The position numbers were made by a program, and so were the translations under genes. 64,000 bases of DNA. Source: Trueperaceae bacterium. Its GTDB lineage: Bacteria > Deinococcota > Deinococci > Deinococcales > Trueperaceae. The stretch is from positions 416,001 through 480,000 of the forward strand of contig OZ243913.1 in assembly GCA_965213705.1 (NCBI GenBank), in the 5' to 3' direction. Of the stretch, positions 38,520 through 48,610 are shown one piece after another. The notes beneath the pieces were generated by a model. The model made no database searches. It was not told the origin of the DNA and saw only the letters and a list, made by a program, of their open reading frames with translations. Numbering within the stretch: the stretch's first letter is position 1; every line of letters begins with the position of its first letter.

Positions 38520-40037
38520 TTACTTTCTCGGTTTGAGAGAAACGGGTGGCGTTCCGCTCGTTGCGGTTCCGGCCAACACTTCGGCGACCGCCCGTAGCGA
38601 CTTAGGACCAAACCCGAAACTTACTACCGCCGGGCCGGGCAAGTCCTCGACGTGGTACGGGTTCCAGAGGGCGACATGAATGAAGTTTTCGGCGGCGCGC
38701 GCGACCTCGAGCCCCCACCCCACTTCCGCTTTTTCCATTCGCGTCCTCGAGGTCGTCACGAAAACCGTGTTGTCGGTTTGTCCAATCTTGGCAAAAACGT
38801 CTTCCTTTTCAAGCCGTTCCCGGTCGTAAAACGCGCGTGTGACTGAAAAGCCTTTGCGCTCGAGTTCGGCCGCAAACGCTCCGGCGGGCGTGTCAACCTT
38901 GTCGCTGGCCGCGCCGCCCACCGCACTGTCGGGGGCGACGAGGGTGAGGCTCGAGCCTTTGGGAAGGGGCTTGAAACCGCCGAGCACCGTCACGGCGCGC
39001 TTTGCGGCGTCTTGCAACATAACTTCGTCACCATCGCGCCAAGCCCCATCGGGGTCGGGTCTCGCAGGGAAACGTCGGGCGAGGTTTTGTAAGCGCTCGA
39101 GTGAAGTTTCAACTTCGTCCGGGTCCAAACGACCTTCGGCAAGCGCCGCGTCGATGCCCTTCAAGATAGCTTCGTGCGTCGAAACAGGCCCGGTATGCAC
39201 GTCGTAGAGCGGCATGTCAATCCCCGCCCGGAGCGCCCGCACCACCGACTCGGCGGGGCTGTGGCGGGCGGCGATGGCCTGCATCTCGAGGGCGTCGGTA
39301 AAGGTCACGCCGTCGAAGCCCAGTTCACCGCGGAGCAGGTCGGTGACGATGTGCCTTGACAGGGTCGCCGGAAGCTCAGGGTCGAGGGCTCTGACAGTGC
39401 CGTGGTAACTCATTACGGCAGCCACGCCCGCTTGAATCGCGGCTTTGAAGGGAACAAGCTCAACGGCGTGCAACCTCTCCAAACTCACGCCCAGAGTGGG
39501 CAGCGCCAGGTGTGAATCCACGCTCGTGTCGCCGTGGCCGGGAAAGTGCTTCACCGTCGCCGCGACGCCCTCGCTTTGCAGCCCCTCCACAAAGGCGACA
39601 ACGTGTTTGGCGACGGGCTCGGGCACGCTACCGAACGACCGCTCGCCGATGACCGGGTTGAGCGGGTTGTTGTTCACGTCGGCGACAGGCGCGAAGTTGA
39701 CGTTGATGCCCATTGCACGGAGGCCTCGAGCCGTAGCCGCGGCAACCTCACGGGTCAAGTCGGCGTCGTCCGCCGCGCCCAACGCCATCGTGCCGGGTGG
39801 GTAGGGCACGTCCCGCGCGCGCACCACCCCGCCGCCTTCCTGGTCGGTGGCGATGAGCAGGTCCGCGCCGAGAAGCGAACGCAACTCGGCGGTAAGGTCG
39901 GCGGCTTGATGGCGGTCAACGAAGTTACGACTAAACAAGCACACGCCGCCAATTCGATAATCCTTGAAAAAAGCCCGCTCGTCGGGGGAGAGCGTCGGGC
40001 CGGATAAGTCGAGCATCAGTAGGCGGTGGGGGGGCAT
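38520..40037 (-). CDS. nagZ: Beta-N-acetylhexosaminidase (GH3)
   Basis: Start MPPHRLLM; ATDQEGG, NFAPVAD, RSFG, KHFPGHGDTSVDSH, TDALEM. Confidence 0.92.
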   Translation of the reverse strand: MPPHRLLMLDLSGPTLSPDERAFFKDYRIGGVCLFSRNFVDRHQAADLTAELRSLLGADLLIATDQEGGGVVRARDVPYPPGTMALGAADDADLTREVAAATARGLRAMGINVNFAPVADVNNNPLNPVIGERSFGSVPEPVAKHVVAFVEGLQSEGVAATVKHFPGHGDTSVDSHLALPTLGVSLERLHAVELVPFKAAIQAGVAAVMSYHGTVRALDPELPATLSRHIVTDLLRGELGFDGVTFTDALEMQAIAARHSPAESVVRALRAGIDMPLYDVHTGPVSTHEAILKGIDAALAEGRLDPDEVETSLERLQNLARRFPARPDPDGAWRDGDEVMLQDAAKRAVTVLGGFKPLPKGSSLTLVAPDSAVGGAASDKVDTPAGAFAAELERKGFSVTRAFYDRERLEKEDVFAKIGQTDNTVFVTTSRTRMEKAEVGWGLEVARAAENFIHVALWNPYHVEDLPGPAVVSFGFGPKSLRAVAEVLAGTATSGTPPVSLKPRK

Positions 40038-40191
40038 AGCGTTCCTTCCATAACCAAGTTTTATCGACCTGCAAGTCGTTTGGCTGAACAAGCTGTCAGC
40101 GGCTCGAGTCATAGGTGGAAACGGTCGTCGGACCGCGCTCCTTTTTGCAATCATAACTCATGAAGTTTTCATGCTCATTCGTGTATTTTGA

Positions 40192-40296
40192 AGTCACAGG
40201 GGAGTAGCCGCCCACACCCAACAACGGGCGTGCGTTGTCGTCAGCACAGGGGTCAAAGACCTCTCGGTAGCGCACACACAAGGCGAGACCTGGAGC
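40192..40296 (+). promoter_or_regulatory. yybP-ykoY (Mn2+) riboswitch
   Basis: CAGGGGAGUAGC (40197) ... GUCGUCAGCAC ... GGCGAGACCUG (40282); AGACCU can pair with the RBS region AGGUCU (40313-40318). Confidence 0.85.
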
Positions 40297-40321
40297 GCCG
40301 TCGGCGCCGCAAAGGTCTTTT

Positions 40322-41230
40322 ATGTCTGTCGTGTTGGTTGCTGTGGGCGTCGGTCTTTTGTATTTGGGTGGGGAACTGCTGGTCAGGTTCGCTTCTAGTC
40401 TCGCGTTGCGCTTTCGGCTCAGCCCTCTGGTCGTCGGTTTGACGGTGGTGGCGTTCGGCACGAGCGCGCCCGAACTCGCCGCGACCTTGACGGCAGCTTT
40501 GAATGGCTCTTTTGCCATCGCCGCGGGCAACGTCGTCGGCTCCAACATCGCCAACTTGGGCCTTATCCTGGGTCTGTGTGCTGTGCTGGTGCCCATAAGC
40601 GTCACCAAGGCTGTGCTGAGGCGCGAACTGCCCATCATGTTGCTGGCGAGCGCGCTGCCGGTGCTGTGGTTTACGGACGGCGTGATGAGCCGTACCGAAG
40701 GGGGCGTCACCTTTACGCTGCTGCTTGCCTATCTCGTCTGGGCGCTGCGCCGTCCTAGCGAAGAAGCTGAGGTACCGACCCGGAACGAGCCGCTGTGGCT
40801 CACGCTTTTGGGGATTTTGGGCGGCTTGGTCTTGCTCGTTTTAGGCGCTCAGGTTTTGGTGGAGGGAGCCACGACGCTGGCTCGAGCCTTCGGGGTGCCC
40901 GAACGCGTTATCGGCCTTACGCTCGTGGCCGTGGGCACGAGCCTGCCCGAGCTGGCGAGTTCGCTCGTCGCGGTGGCAAAGCGCCAAACCGACATAGTGC
41001 TCGGCAACCTTATCGGCTCGAACATCTTCAACGTTCTCGGAATCTTGGGTTTGTCGAGTCTCGTTGTTCCTTTTGAACTACCCTTCGTCTCGCTCAGCCT
41101 CGACCTGTACATCATGCTGGCTTTTGGCTTTGTTACCTTAGTTTTCTTGTCAACGCGCAAAAAGCTCGTGCGCTGGGAAGGGTTGGCGCTGGTCACGGCT
41201 TACGGTGTTTACGTCGGCTGGCTGTTTTGA
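40322..41230 (+). CDS. Calcium/sodium antiporter (CaCA, YrbG-like)
   Basis: Alpha-repeats VAFGTSAPE...GNVVGSNIAN and VAVGTSLPE...GNLIGSNIFN. Confidence 0.93.
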   Translation: MSVVLVAVGVGLLYLGGELLVRFASSLALRFRLSPLVVGLTVVAFGTSAPELAATLTAALNGSFAIAAGNVVGSNIANLGLILGLCAVLVPISVTKAVLRRELPIMLLASALPVLWFTDGVMSRTEGGVTFTLLLAYLVWALRRPSEEAEVPTRNEPLWLTLLGILGGLVLLVLGAQVLVEGATTLARAFGVPERVIGLTLVAVGTSLPELASSLVAVAKRQTDIVLGNLIGSNIFNVLGILGLSSLVVPFELPFVSLSLDLYIMLAFGFVTLVFLSTRKKLVRWEGLALVTAYGVYVGWLF

Positions 41231-41236
41231 CGGGTC

Positions 41237-42352
41237 TCACCTCATCTGCGTGTCCGCCGCGTCGCGCAACGCGTCGCCCGCGAAGTTAAAGGCGAGCACC
41301 GCGATGATAATCATCACGCCCGGCGCGAGCAGCCAGGGGTAGAGACTGAGCGTTTGAAAGTTTTGCGCGTCTTTTAAGAGCAGGCCCCAAGAGGTCATCG
41401 GCTCCTTGACGCCCAAACCCAAAAACGACAGCGCGCTTTCGCCGAGGACGTAACCCGGCAGCGCCAGCGTCGCGGCCACGACGAGGTACGAGGTCAGGTT
41501 TGGCAGCAGGTGGCGCAGGATAATTCGGAGGTCGCCGCTGCCGAGGGCTCGAGCGGCCTGCACGTAGTCGGCTTCCCGCGCCGACAAAACCTGCCCCCGC
41601 ACGACCCGCGCCAAACCCGCCCAGCCGATGAGCGCCAGCACCGCGACGATGCCGACGTACACGTAGGTCGAGGGCCAGTTTTGCGGGATGATGGTGGCGA
41701 GCGCCAGCAGAATCGGCAGCCGCGGGAACGACAGCAACACCTCGATAAGCCGCTGGATGACCGAGTCGACAAAGCCGCCGTAGTAACCGCTGACCCCGCC
41801 GACGACGATGCCGATGCTGAACGAAATGAGAATCCCCACGATGCCCACCGTCAGCGACACCTGCGAGCCCACCAGCATCCGACTCAGCAGGTCGCGCCCG
41901 AACTTGTCGGTGCCGAGCGGGAAGTAAACGCCGTCCGCCACGCCGAACAGGTGCCAGTCGGTGGGAACGAAGCCGAACAGCTTGTAGGGTTCACCGCGAA
42001 TGAAAAAGCGCAGCGGCTTCGGTTGAGACTCGTCTTCGGTGTAGGCGAGCTGAAACGTCACCGGGTCGCGCTCGCGGGCCAGGGCGTAGACGAACGGCCG
42101 CACGGGCACGCCGTCGCGCACAAAGTGAAGACTTTGCGGCGGTAGGTAAGGATAGTCGACGTGCTGGACGGTGATGCTGTACGGCGACAAAAAACCCGCG
42201 AACAGCGCGACGAGGTAGAGGACAACGAGGACGACGCCCCCGGTCATGCCGACCTTGGAGCGCCGAAACCGCCGCCACGCCAGGCGCAGCGGCCCGGCGG
42301 AGGATTTGACTCGAGAAGCCGCCGGGCCTCCTGAAACGACAGCCTCAGCCAT
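41237..42352 (-). CDS. Opp/Dpp-type ABC permease (OppC-like)
   Basis: AWRRFRR, LGTDKFGRD, YVQAARALG, ESALSFLGLG, GDALRDA. Confidence 0.93.
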   Translation of the reverse strand: MAEAVVSGGPAASRVKSSAGPLRLAWRRFRRSKVGMTGGVVLVVLYLVALFAGFLSPYSITVQHVDYPYLPPQSLHFVRDGVPVRPFVYALARERDPVTFQLAYTEDESQPKPLRFFIRGEPYKLFGFVPTDWHLFGVADGVYFPLGTDKFGRDLLSRMLVGSQVSLTVGIVGILISFSIGIVVGGVSGYYGGFVDSVIQRLIEVLLSFPRLPILLALATIIPQNWPSTYVYVGIVAVLALIGWAGLARVVRGQVLSAREADYVQAARALGSGDLRIILRHLLPNLTSYLVVAATLALPGYVLGESALSFLGLGVKEPMTSWGLLLKDAQNFQTLSLYPWLLAPGVMIIIAVLAFNFAGDALRDAADTQMR

Positions 42353-42357
42353 GTTTA

Positions 42358-43329
42358 TCAGCCATAGCGAATGCGCGGGTCGGTCCAGGCGAGGGCGAAG
42401 TCGGCGAGCAGGTTGCCAATCATGAGGAGGAGGCTCGAGAACAGCAGTAGCGTCATTGCCACGTACTGGTCTTTGGCTAGAAGTGAGTCGTACAGCAGCG
42501 GCCCGATGGTCGGCAGGTTGAGCACAATCGCCACGATGATGGTGCCGTTGATGAGTTCGGGCAAACTCAAGCCGGCCAGCGTGATAAGGGGGTTGACGGC
42601 GTTACGCACGGCGTGCCGGTAGGTGACGCGGTGGTCGGTCAGTCCCTTGGCCCTTGCAGTCCGCACGTAGTCCGCACCGAGCACGTCGAGCAAGTTAGCG
42701 CGCATCTGCCGCATCACAAAAGCGATGCCCGCGGTGCCGATGGCGAGGACGGGTATCCACAAGTGGTTGAGCAGGTCGAGCACTTTCGCCAGACTCCACG
42801 GCGCGCCGATGTACTGCGCACTGAACAGCCCGCCCACCTGCGTGCCGCCATAGTTCAACACGAGCGCGACGAGCAGCAGCGCCGCCAAAAAGTCCGGAAT
42901 CGCCAGGCCGATGTACCCAACAAAACTCGCCACCGCGTCGGTAAAACCGTTGCGGTGGACCGCCGTATAAATTCCCAGCGGCACCGCGATAAGCCACGAA
43001 AACAACATGGTGAGGCTGGCGATGACGACCGTCCAGACGAGCCGTTCCCCAATCATGGTCACGACCGGGCGGTTGGCGAAAAACGAATAGCCGAAGTCGC
43101 CGCGCGTGACGATGCCCCAGACCCAGCGCGCGTACTGCTCGTAAGCCGGGCGGTCCAGCCCGAGCTGCGCGCTGATACGGTCGACCGTCGCCTGCGTAAA
43201 ACGCGGGTCTTCCAAGTAGCGGTCGGTAAAGCTGCCCGGCTGCAGTTGGATGACCGTGAAACACACGACCGACACCAGAAACAGCGTCGGAATCACGACC
43301 AGGACGCGGCGAACGAGATAGGTGAACAT
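42358..43329 (-). CDS. Opp/Dpp-type ABC permease (OppB-like)
   Basis: YLVRR, GDFGYS, DYVRTARAKGL, RHAVRNA, DPRIR. Confidence 0.93.
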   Translation of the reverse strand: MFTYLVRRVLVVIPTLFLVSVVCFTVIQLQPGSFTDRYLEDPRFTQATVDRISAQLGLDRPAYEQYARWVWGIVTRGDFGYSFFANRPVVTMIGERLVWTVVIASLTMLFSWLIAVPLGIYTAVHRNGFTDAVASFVGYIGLAIPDFLAALLLVALVLNYGGTQVGGLFSAQYIGAPWSLAKVLDLLNHLWIPVLAIGTAGIAFVMRQMRANLLDVLGADYVRTARAKGLTDHRVTYRHAVRNAVNPLITLAGLSLPELINGTIIVAIVLNLPTIGPLLYDSLLAKDQYVAMTLLLFSSLLLMIGNLLADFALAWTDPRIRYG

Positions 43330-43334
43330 GAAAT

Positions 43335-43407
43335 AAAGTACCGAGTACCGAGTGGAAAGTACCGAGTCAAACCACTTTCAACTCGGTACTCAGAACTCGG
43401 TACTCTT
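43335..43407. repeat. Heptamer-periodic intergenic inverted repeat (GTACCGA family)
   Basis: aaagtac cgagtac cgagtgg aaagtac cgagtca ... caactcg gtactca gaactcg gtactct. Confidence 0.75.
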
Positions 43408-43411
43408 CTGG

Positions 43412-45178
43412 TTATTGCCCTATAAAGTACAGCGGGACGGGGTTGTAGCCCGGAATGACGCCGAGCGTGTAGACGAAGTTGTTGACTTTGTCGTACACGG
43501 CCGCCGAGTTCGCAGGTTTGGCAATCATGATGACGGGCAGGTTCTCGGCGTTCAAGACTTGCCACTCTTTGTACAACTCGACTCGAGCATCCTGGTCGGT
43601 GAGCCTGGAGCCCTCGTCGAAAATCTCGTAGATGCGGCGTTCCCAGTCGGTCATGGCGTCGAAGTTCGCGCCCGCGCCGTCCTCAGCCGGTTGCGTGCTG
43701 CGGTGCCAGTAGTAGAGCGAGCCGCCCGGCTGCCAGATGGGTTTGCGCAGTTCGGGGTCGGGCTGGTTGCCGAAGGCGAGGATGATCGAGTCGAAGTCGC
43801 CTGCTAAACCGGTACTGAACAGCGCGCTCGCCTGGATGCCGACGAGGTCAACCTTGACGCCGATTTGGGCGAGGTCGTTTTGGAGGATGGTGACGATTGC
43901 GGGTGTGGTCGAAGACTCGACGCTGTAGGTGAGGCCGAACTCGAGTTCTTTCTCAGACGTGATGTTGCGCACCCCGTCGCCGTCGGTGTCGGTCAGGCCC
44001 ATCTCGTCGAGCATGGCCGCGGCGGCGTCTAAGTCGAAGCTGCCCAACAGCTCGGTCGTGTCCTCGTAAAAGGTGCCGTCGACCGGCGCGGTCGGCGTGC
44101 CGGGCAGGGTCGCTAAGCCGTTGTACACGGTCTCGATAATGCGCTGGCGGTCCACGGCCGACTGCATCGCCTGACGAAAGCGCAGGTCGCTGAACACGTT
44201 CGCCAGGTCCGGGTCGCTGGCGTCGAAGTTGAAGGCCAGGTGGGGCGGCGAGCCGAACAGCGCGGTGCTCTGCACCACGCGGAAGTCCGCGCCCGCGACC
44301 TCGCGCGACTTCAGGTCGGGAAACTGCGCGCCGGAAATGTTGAGTTCGTCGATGTTGCCCGCCAAAAACTGCGCCAGTTGCGCCTCGGCCCCGCGGATGA
44401 TGAGGAATTCCAAGGTGTCGATGTAGGGCAGTTGCGTGCCCGTGCTGTCAGTTTTCCAGTAGTTCGGGTTTTTCTGCAGGGTGACTTTTTGCCCCGGCAC
44501 GTAAGCGCTGAGCATGTACGGCCCCGTCCCGACGACATCTGTTACAGGACCGGTAGTCGGCCAGGCATTGTTGATGTCGGCGGCCTGCGCGCCGCCTTCG
44601 ACGCTGAACGACTCCAACTTGTGCTTCGGCATGATGAAAAAGCGCTGCTGCAGCAAAAACGCCGCCGAAGCCGTCGGCAGGGTCATCCGCACGGTCAGGT
44701 CGTCGACTTTCTCGAACATAACCATCTGGTCTTCGCCGTCCACGTTGAAGGTAAAGTTCGCTGCGTCGCCCGACTTGGCCTCGGGGTTAGTGATGATTTG
44801 GTCGTAGGTGAAGACCACGTCGTCGGCGGTAAAGGGTTCGCCGTCCGACCAGGTCACGCCGTCGCGCAGGTTGAAGGTGTAAACCGTGCCGTCCTCGCTT
44901 ATGTCCCAGGACTCGGCCAGACCGGGCTCTAACTCGTAGGTGTCCAGGTTGAATTCTACCAAACTGTCGAACATCTGTTGCGCCAACACGGCCACGTTGT
45001 TGTTGATTTCACCGTAGTAAAAAAAGGTCGAGGGTGAGTCGTCGAGCGGGAGCGTAAGCATTCCGCCGGGCGTGCCGGGTTGAATGTCTAAGCTGCTGTA
45101 GTCGGGCACCGTCTTGGGTTGGGCCAAAACGCCGCCGACCAGCAAGGTGACGAGCAGGGCGATAAAACGTGCTTTCAT
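43412..45178 (-). CDS. ABC substrate-binding protein, family 5
   Basis: Start MKARFIALL (SD AAGGAGG); PGLAESWDISEDG.VYTF.LR.GV.WSDG.PFTADDV, VGTGPY, KNPNYW. Confidence 0.93.
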   Translation of the reverse strand: MKARFIALLVTLLVGGVLAQPKTVPDYSSLDIQPGTPGGMLTLPLDDSPSTFFYYGEINNNVAVLAQQMFDSLVEFNLDTYELEPGLAESWDISEDGTVYTFNLRDGVTWSDGEPFTADDVVFTYDQIITNPEAKSGDAANFTFNVDGEDQMVMFEKVDDLTVRMTLPTASAAFLLQQRFFIMPKHKLESFSVEGGAQAADINNAWPTTGPVTDVVGTGPYMLSAYVPGQKVTLQKNPNYWKTDSTGTQLPYIDTLEFLIIRGAEAQLAQFLAGNIDELNISGAQFPDLKSREVAGADFRVVQSTALFGSPPHLAFNFDASDPDLANVFSDLRFRQAMQSAVDRQRIIETVYNGLATLPGTPTAPVDGTFYEDTTELLGSFDLDAAAAMLDEMGLTDTDGDGVRNITSEKELEFGLTYSVESSTTPAIVTILQNDLAQIGVKVDLVGIQASALFSTGLAGDFDSIILAFGNQPDPELRKPIWQPGGSLYYWHRSTQPAEDGAGANFDAMTDWERRIYEIFDEGSRLTDQDARVELYKEWQVLNAENLPVIMIAKPANSAAVYDKVNNFVYTLGVIPGYNPVPLYFIGQ

Positions 45179-45209
45179 CAAAACCTCCTTGGGTCGTTTG
45201 AGACGGTCA

Positions 45210-45238
45210 AGCATATACCAGTTAGAGACCAATTGCAA
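45210..45238 (-). promoter_or_regulatory. Promoter TTGCAA-N17-TATGCT with NagR/DasR-like operator
   Basis: Plus strand ATACCAGTTAGAGACCAATTG at 45215-45235, 18 of 21 identical to the 38490 site. Confidence 0.65.
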
Positions 45239-45287
45239 TTCGGGCGGGGGCGGCGGTCTTCATACTTTTGGGGTGGGGGTTTGAGAG

Positions 45288-45326
45288 AAGTACCGAGTAC
45301 CGAGTGAAAAGTACCGAGTGAAAAGC
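45288..45326. repeat. Heptamer repeat cluster (GTACCGA family), single arm
   Basis: aagtac cgagtac cgagtga aaagtac cgagtga aaag. Confidence 0.7.
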
Positions 45327-45350
45327 GGTTCTCAGTTTTGTTCTGTCAAC

Positions 45351-47117
45351 TCACGTTCTCACCTCCTCGAGCCATTCGCCCAAACTGGCGGCGGCTGAGG
45401 TCGGAGCGTCTAAAGATAGGGCGAGCACTTCTCTTTCGGTGGGGGAAAGGGGTTTGTCCAGCCCCAGCTCGAGCGATGCAAATCTTTCGCTCTCGGGGGT
45501 CAGGCCGCCCGCCAACACAAAACGCTGCGCGGCTTTGAACAGGGGATGCTCCAAAGGCACGTCCACCGCCCAAGCCAGAAGTGCGCCGCCCGCCAACAGG
45601 CGCGTTTGGAGTTGCTGGGTCAAACCATCACTCTCCCAAACCCGCCGGGGTGTCACTTTGTGCTCGAGACAAAAACTCGCCAACGTCCCCGCCGCCTCGC
45701 CGACCGCCCACTCGACCGGGTGCAAGCGGTACGCACCGTTCGACAGGTGCGTCGTACCGATGTTTTTGCAGGCCGCGAGCAGGTTGCGGGTCGTCTCAGG
45801 GATGAGCGCGCCCAGGGGGATTTGAAACGGCAACGTAGGCGCGAACATCGTCACCTCGTCGTTGCCGACCGACGGGTGAAGGTCCAGCTGATACCAGCCG
45901 ACGCCGACCGAGTTGGGATGGGGGCGGGCTCGAGCGCCCCGATTCGGCCCGGCGGCGACGTCTTGTTCGGTGACGCGCTCGAGGGCTTTAATGCGCCGCG
46001 ACTCGCGGATGTAGGGGTCTTTGGAAAGCCCGTCACGCGTGCCCATCGCGTCTTTGCAAAGTTTGAGTTCGGGGTAGCCGTAGCCGCCTTCGTCGCGTGG
46101 GCACTCGGTCTGGAGCCAGTACAAAAAGCCGAGCGATAGACGTTTGGCCTCGTTCAAAATCCGTTTTTGCTCAGTTTTAGACTTGTCGATGAGGTTGGCG
46201 AAGCGGTAGTCGTTCCCCGCCCAGTTGATTAAGGCGAGGTCGTGGCCCGTGCCCAACAAGCCAGCGTCGAACACGCGCCGGTAGCTCCAAAAGGGCAACT
46301 CGCCTCTCTCGCCGCGCTCGAACATCTTAAAGTGCGTCTCGTTCGGCTGGCCCACGTTCAGGTGCAGCGCGTAGGGTTGGGTGTCTCTGAAATACTCGTA
46401 GCCCGCGGGTTTGGTGACGGTGTGGTTTTCGCCGGAGCGGTACTCGAGCACAAAACCGTAAGTAAAGCTCTGCACCTCGTCCGGCGCGGCCGGCCCGACT
46501 TTAGCGTGAGGTTCACCCGTATCGTCCCGTGACTCTGCGCCCGTCACATAAGCTGTACCGGTGAGCGGCAGCAGGTCGCCCAAATCGGTCGCGTCGAGGA
46601 AATAGCTCGCTGCTAGAGTGACCTCTGCATTTTTGGGGCCGCGCAGCGTGACGGTTTCGACCTTGTTGTTCTCAACCTTCGCCTTGATGGGTCGGTGGCG
46701 CTTCAGGACCGTCAGCTTTCCGCTGAAGAGGTAGGGCTCGAGCATCTCCCTAAGCACCTGCTCGCCCACGCGCGGCTCGAAGCAGAGGCGGCTCACCCAG
46801 CCGTTGCCGGGGTTGAGGGGCGTCAGCCCGTCCGGCATCGTCGGCCCAACGTCATAGCGGTCTCGGTAATGCTCGCGGATGCGTTCTCGTAACTCGCAGT
46901 ACCTCCGCGTCCCGCCGAAGGTTTCGATGTGTAGGTGCTCATCAAAGGCCGACACCCCTTGCGCCGTCATCTGCCCGCCGAGCCAGTCGGTCGCCTCGGT
47001 CAACACGACCTTGTGACCGGCCTCGAGCACTGCCAGCGCCGCCGCCACCCCGCCCATGCTGCCGCCGACGATGGCGATGTCGCAGGTTAGGTCGGTCTCG
47101 AGCCTCACGTTCGTCAT
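45351..47117 (-). CDS. FAD-dependent oxidoreductase (PF12831-like)
   Basis: DIAIVGGSMGGVAAA, WLGGQMTAQGV, FLDATDLGDL, PYIRESRRI, AYRLHPVEWAVGEAAG. Confidence 0.88.
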   Translation of the reverse strand: MTNVRLETDLTCDIAIVGGSMGGVAAALAVLEAGHKVVLTEATDWLGGQMTAQGVSAFDEHLHIETFGGTRRYCELRERIREHYRDRYDVGPTMPDGLTPLNPGNGWVSRLCFEPRVGEQVLREMLEPYLFSGKLTVLKRHRPIKAKVENNKVETVTLRGPKNAEVTLAASYFLDATDLGDLLPLTGTAYVTGAESRDDTGEPHAKVGPAAPDEVQSFTYGFVLEYRSGENHTVTKPAGYEYFRDTQPYALHLNVGQPNETHFKMFERGERGELPFWSYRRVFDAGLLGTGHDLALINWAGNDYRFANLIDKSKTEQKRILNEAKRLSLGFLYWLQTECPRDEGGYGYPELKLCKDAMGTRDGLSKDPYIRESRRIKALERVTEQDVAAGPNRGARARPHPNSVGVGWYQLDLHPSVGNDEVTMFAPTLPFQIPLGALIPETTRNLLAACKNIGTTHLSNGAYRLHPVEWAVGEAAGTLASFCLEHKVTPRRVWESDGLTQQLQTRLLAGGALLAWAVDVPLEHPLFKAAQRFVLAGGLTPESERFASLELGLDKPLSPTEREVLALSLDAPTSAAASLGEWLEEVRT

Positions 47118-48610
47118 TTTTGCTCAACCGTAAAAGGAAACACGCCCGTAAACAGGCGCGGCCAGGCGAGGGTGGGGGTTTGCCAGGAAAGCGTCAAACC
47201 TTCTTCGGCAAAGTATTTTTCCCAGAAGTTGAGCGCCAACGGTTTAATAAACCTGCCGACCAAGTACTTCGCCTCTTCAAGTTGTTCGCCCAGGTCGAAG
47301 GGGCTGGGGTTGTGAAGTTGCTGCCGCACCCCCTCACGCACGCGCGCTTGGTAAAAATAATCATCGACGAAGCGGTTGAAAAGTGTTTCCATCCAAACAG
47401 CGCGGTTCTGAATACGGCTCGAGACCACACCCAGCGCCAGCGCACCGCCCAAGGTGTTTCCCGCCGTGTTCCAGGCACTAAAGCCCGCAAGTTTGCTCAG
47501 CGGGAGGGCGTCCAGCAGCGTCATCAACCTGCGCTCGGCCCCGTTGGCGTAGGCGATGTCGGCGACGGTGACAGGTGTTTCCGCCTCGAGCCTGCGCTGA
47601 ATAAAATCCACAAACGCCGGCAAGTGCCGCGCGGGCGTGTCGACCGTGGCGAAGTCCGGCTGCGCGCCCGCTTGCTTGGTCGCAGGCGTGTTGACGACCA
47701 GCACGAGGTCGGCCTCGGCTAGAGTATCTGTTTGCACACAGCCCGCCGCGCGCAGGTGCGCCGTGACGAGTTCGCCCGCCGGACGGTCTTCGTACAAGAG
47801 TTCTGCCGCCGCGCCGAGCACGCTCGAGTAGCGCACGTACACTTTCGTCGGCGTGTCCTGCAAAACCCGTGCCAGCAGCGTCACCCCCACCTCGTCCGCG
47901 CCGGGGTAGATGTCGACTTTGGACCACAAGCCGAGCGCGTCCGTTCTCGCCTCGAGCCCGCGCCGGTCGTGCGCGGCGAGCCCGTAGGTGCTCGTGTCGT
48001 CGAGGGTGAGGCAGAGGTGGTTGATGACGTTTGCGTGGACAAGCTCGAGCGCGCCCAAGTGCAACTGATGGTTGCGCCGCCGCGTCGCCAGCCAGTCGTC
48101 CAAAATTTTGCTCGGCACGGCGGCGAGGGCGCGTTGCAACCGCGTTTCGTCCTCGGTCGTCCCGTGGCGCTCGAAGCGGTCGAAGGCCTCGCTGTAAAAG
48201 CGCAGCGCGGGGCCGTGCTCGCCGTAGTAGGGCTTTTCTTCCAGAGGGTCGTCGTCGTGGGCCACCCGCACCACCACGCCGCCCGCGAGGATTCTGAGGT
48301 CGGGGTTGAGACGTTTGAGGTCTTGAAGAAGCTCGAGCCGTTCCAGCACGGTTTCCAGCGGCGTGTCCACGATGCGCGCCGGAACCATGCCGCCTAAAGT
48401 GAGGGTCTCGAGGGAGAGGATGAGAACGTCTGAGTTCGAAGTTTGCTCCTCGAGCCAACTCCTGAGCGCCCCAAAGTCGCCGGGACGGTTGAGCCAGTTC
48501 AGCGCCTCGGGCGGCGGAGTTGCAACCTCCACACCCGCCGCGCGCGCCAGCCCGACCGGAAAATCAAGCGTCGGCGGGCGCGTGTCGGGCGGGACGAGGA
48601 GCATTTTCAA
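47114..48610 (-). CDS. DUF4127 family protein
   Basis: Start moved to TTG MKMLLVPPDTRP; GGMVPAR, LDDT, YPGADEV, VADIAYANG, FSAWNTAGNTLG, RFVDDYFYQ. Confidence 0.82.
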   Translation of the reverse strand: MKMLLVPPDTRPPTLDFPVGLARAAGVEVATPPPEALNWLNRPGDFGALRSWLEEQTSNSDVLILSLETLTLGGMVPARIVDTPLETVLERLELLQDLKRLNPDLRILAGGVVVRVAHDDDPLEEKPYYGEHGPALRFYSEAFDRFERHGTTEDETRLQRALAAVPSKILDDWLATRRRNHQLHLGALELVHANVINHLCLTLDDTSTYGLAAHDRRGLEARTDALGLWSKVDIYPGADEVGVTLLARVLQDTPTKVYVRYSSVLGAAAELLYEDRPAGELVTAHLRAAGCVQTDTLAEADLVLVVNTPATKQAGAQPDFATVDTPARHLPAFVDFIQRRLEAETPVTVADIAYANGAERRLMTLLDALPLSKLAGFSAWNTAGNTLGGALALGVVSSRIQNRAVWMETLFNRFVDDYFYQARVREGVRQQLHNPSPFDLGEQLEEAKYLVGRFIKPLALNFWEKYFAEEGLTLSWQTPTLAWPRLFTGVFPFTVEQK

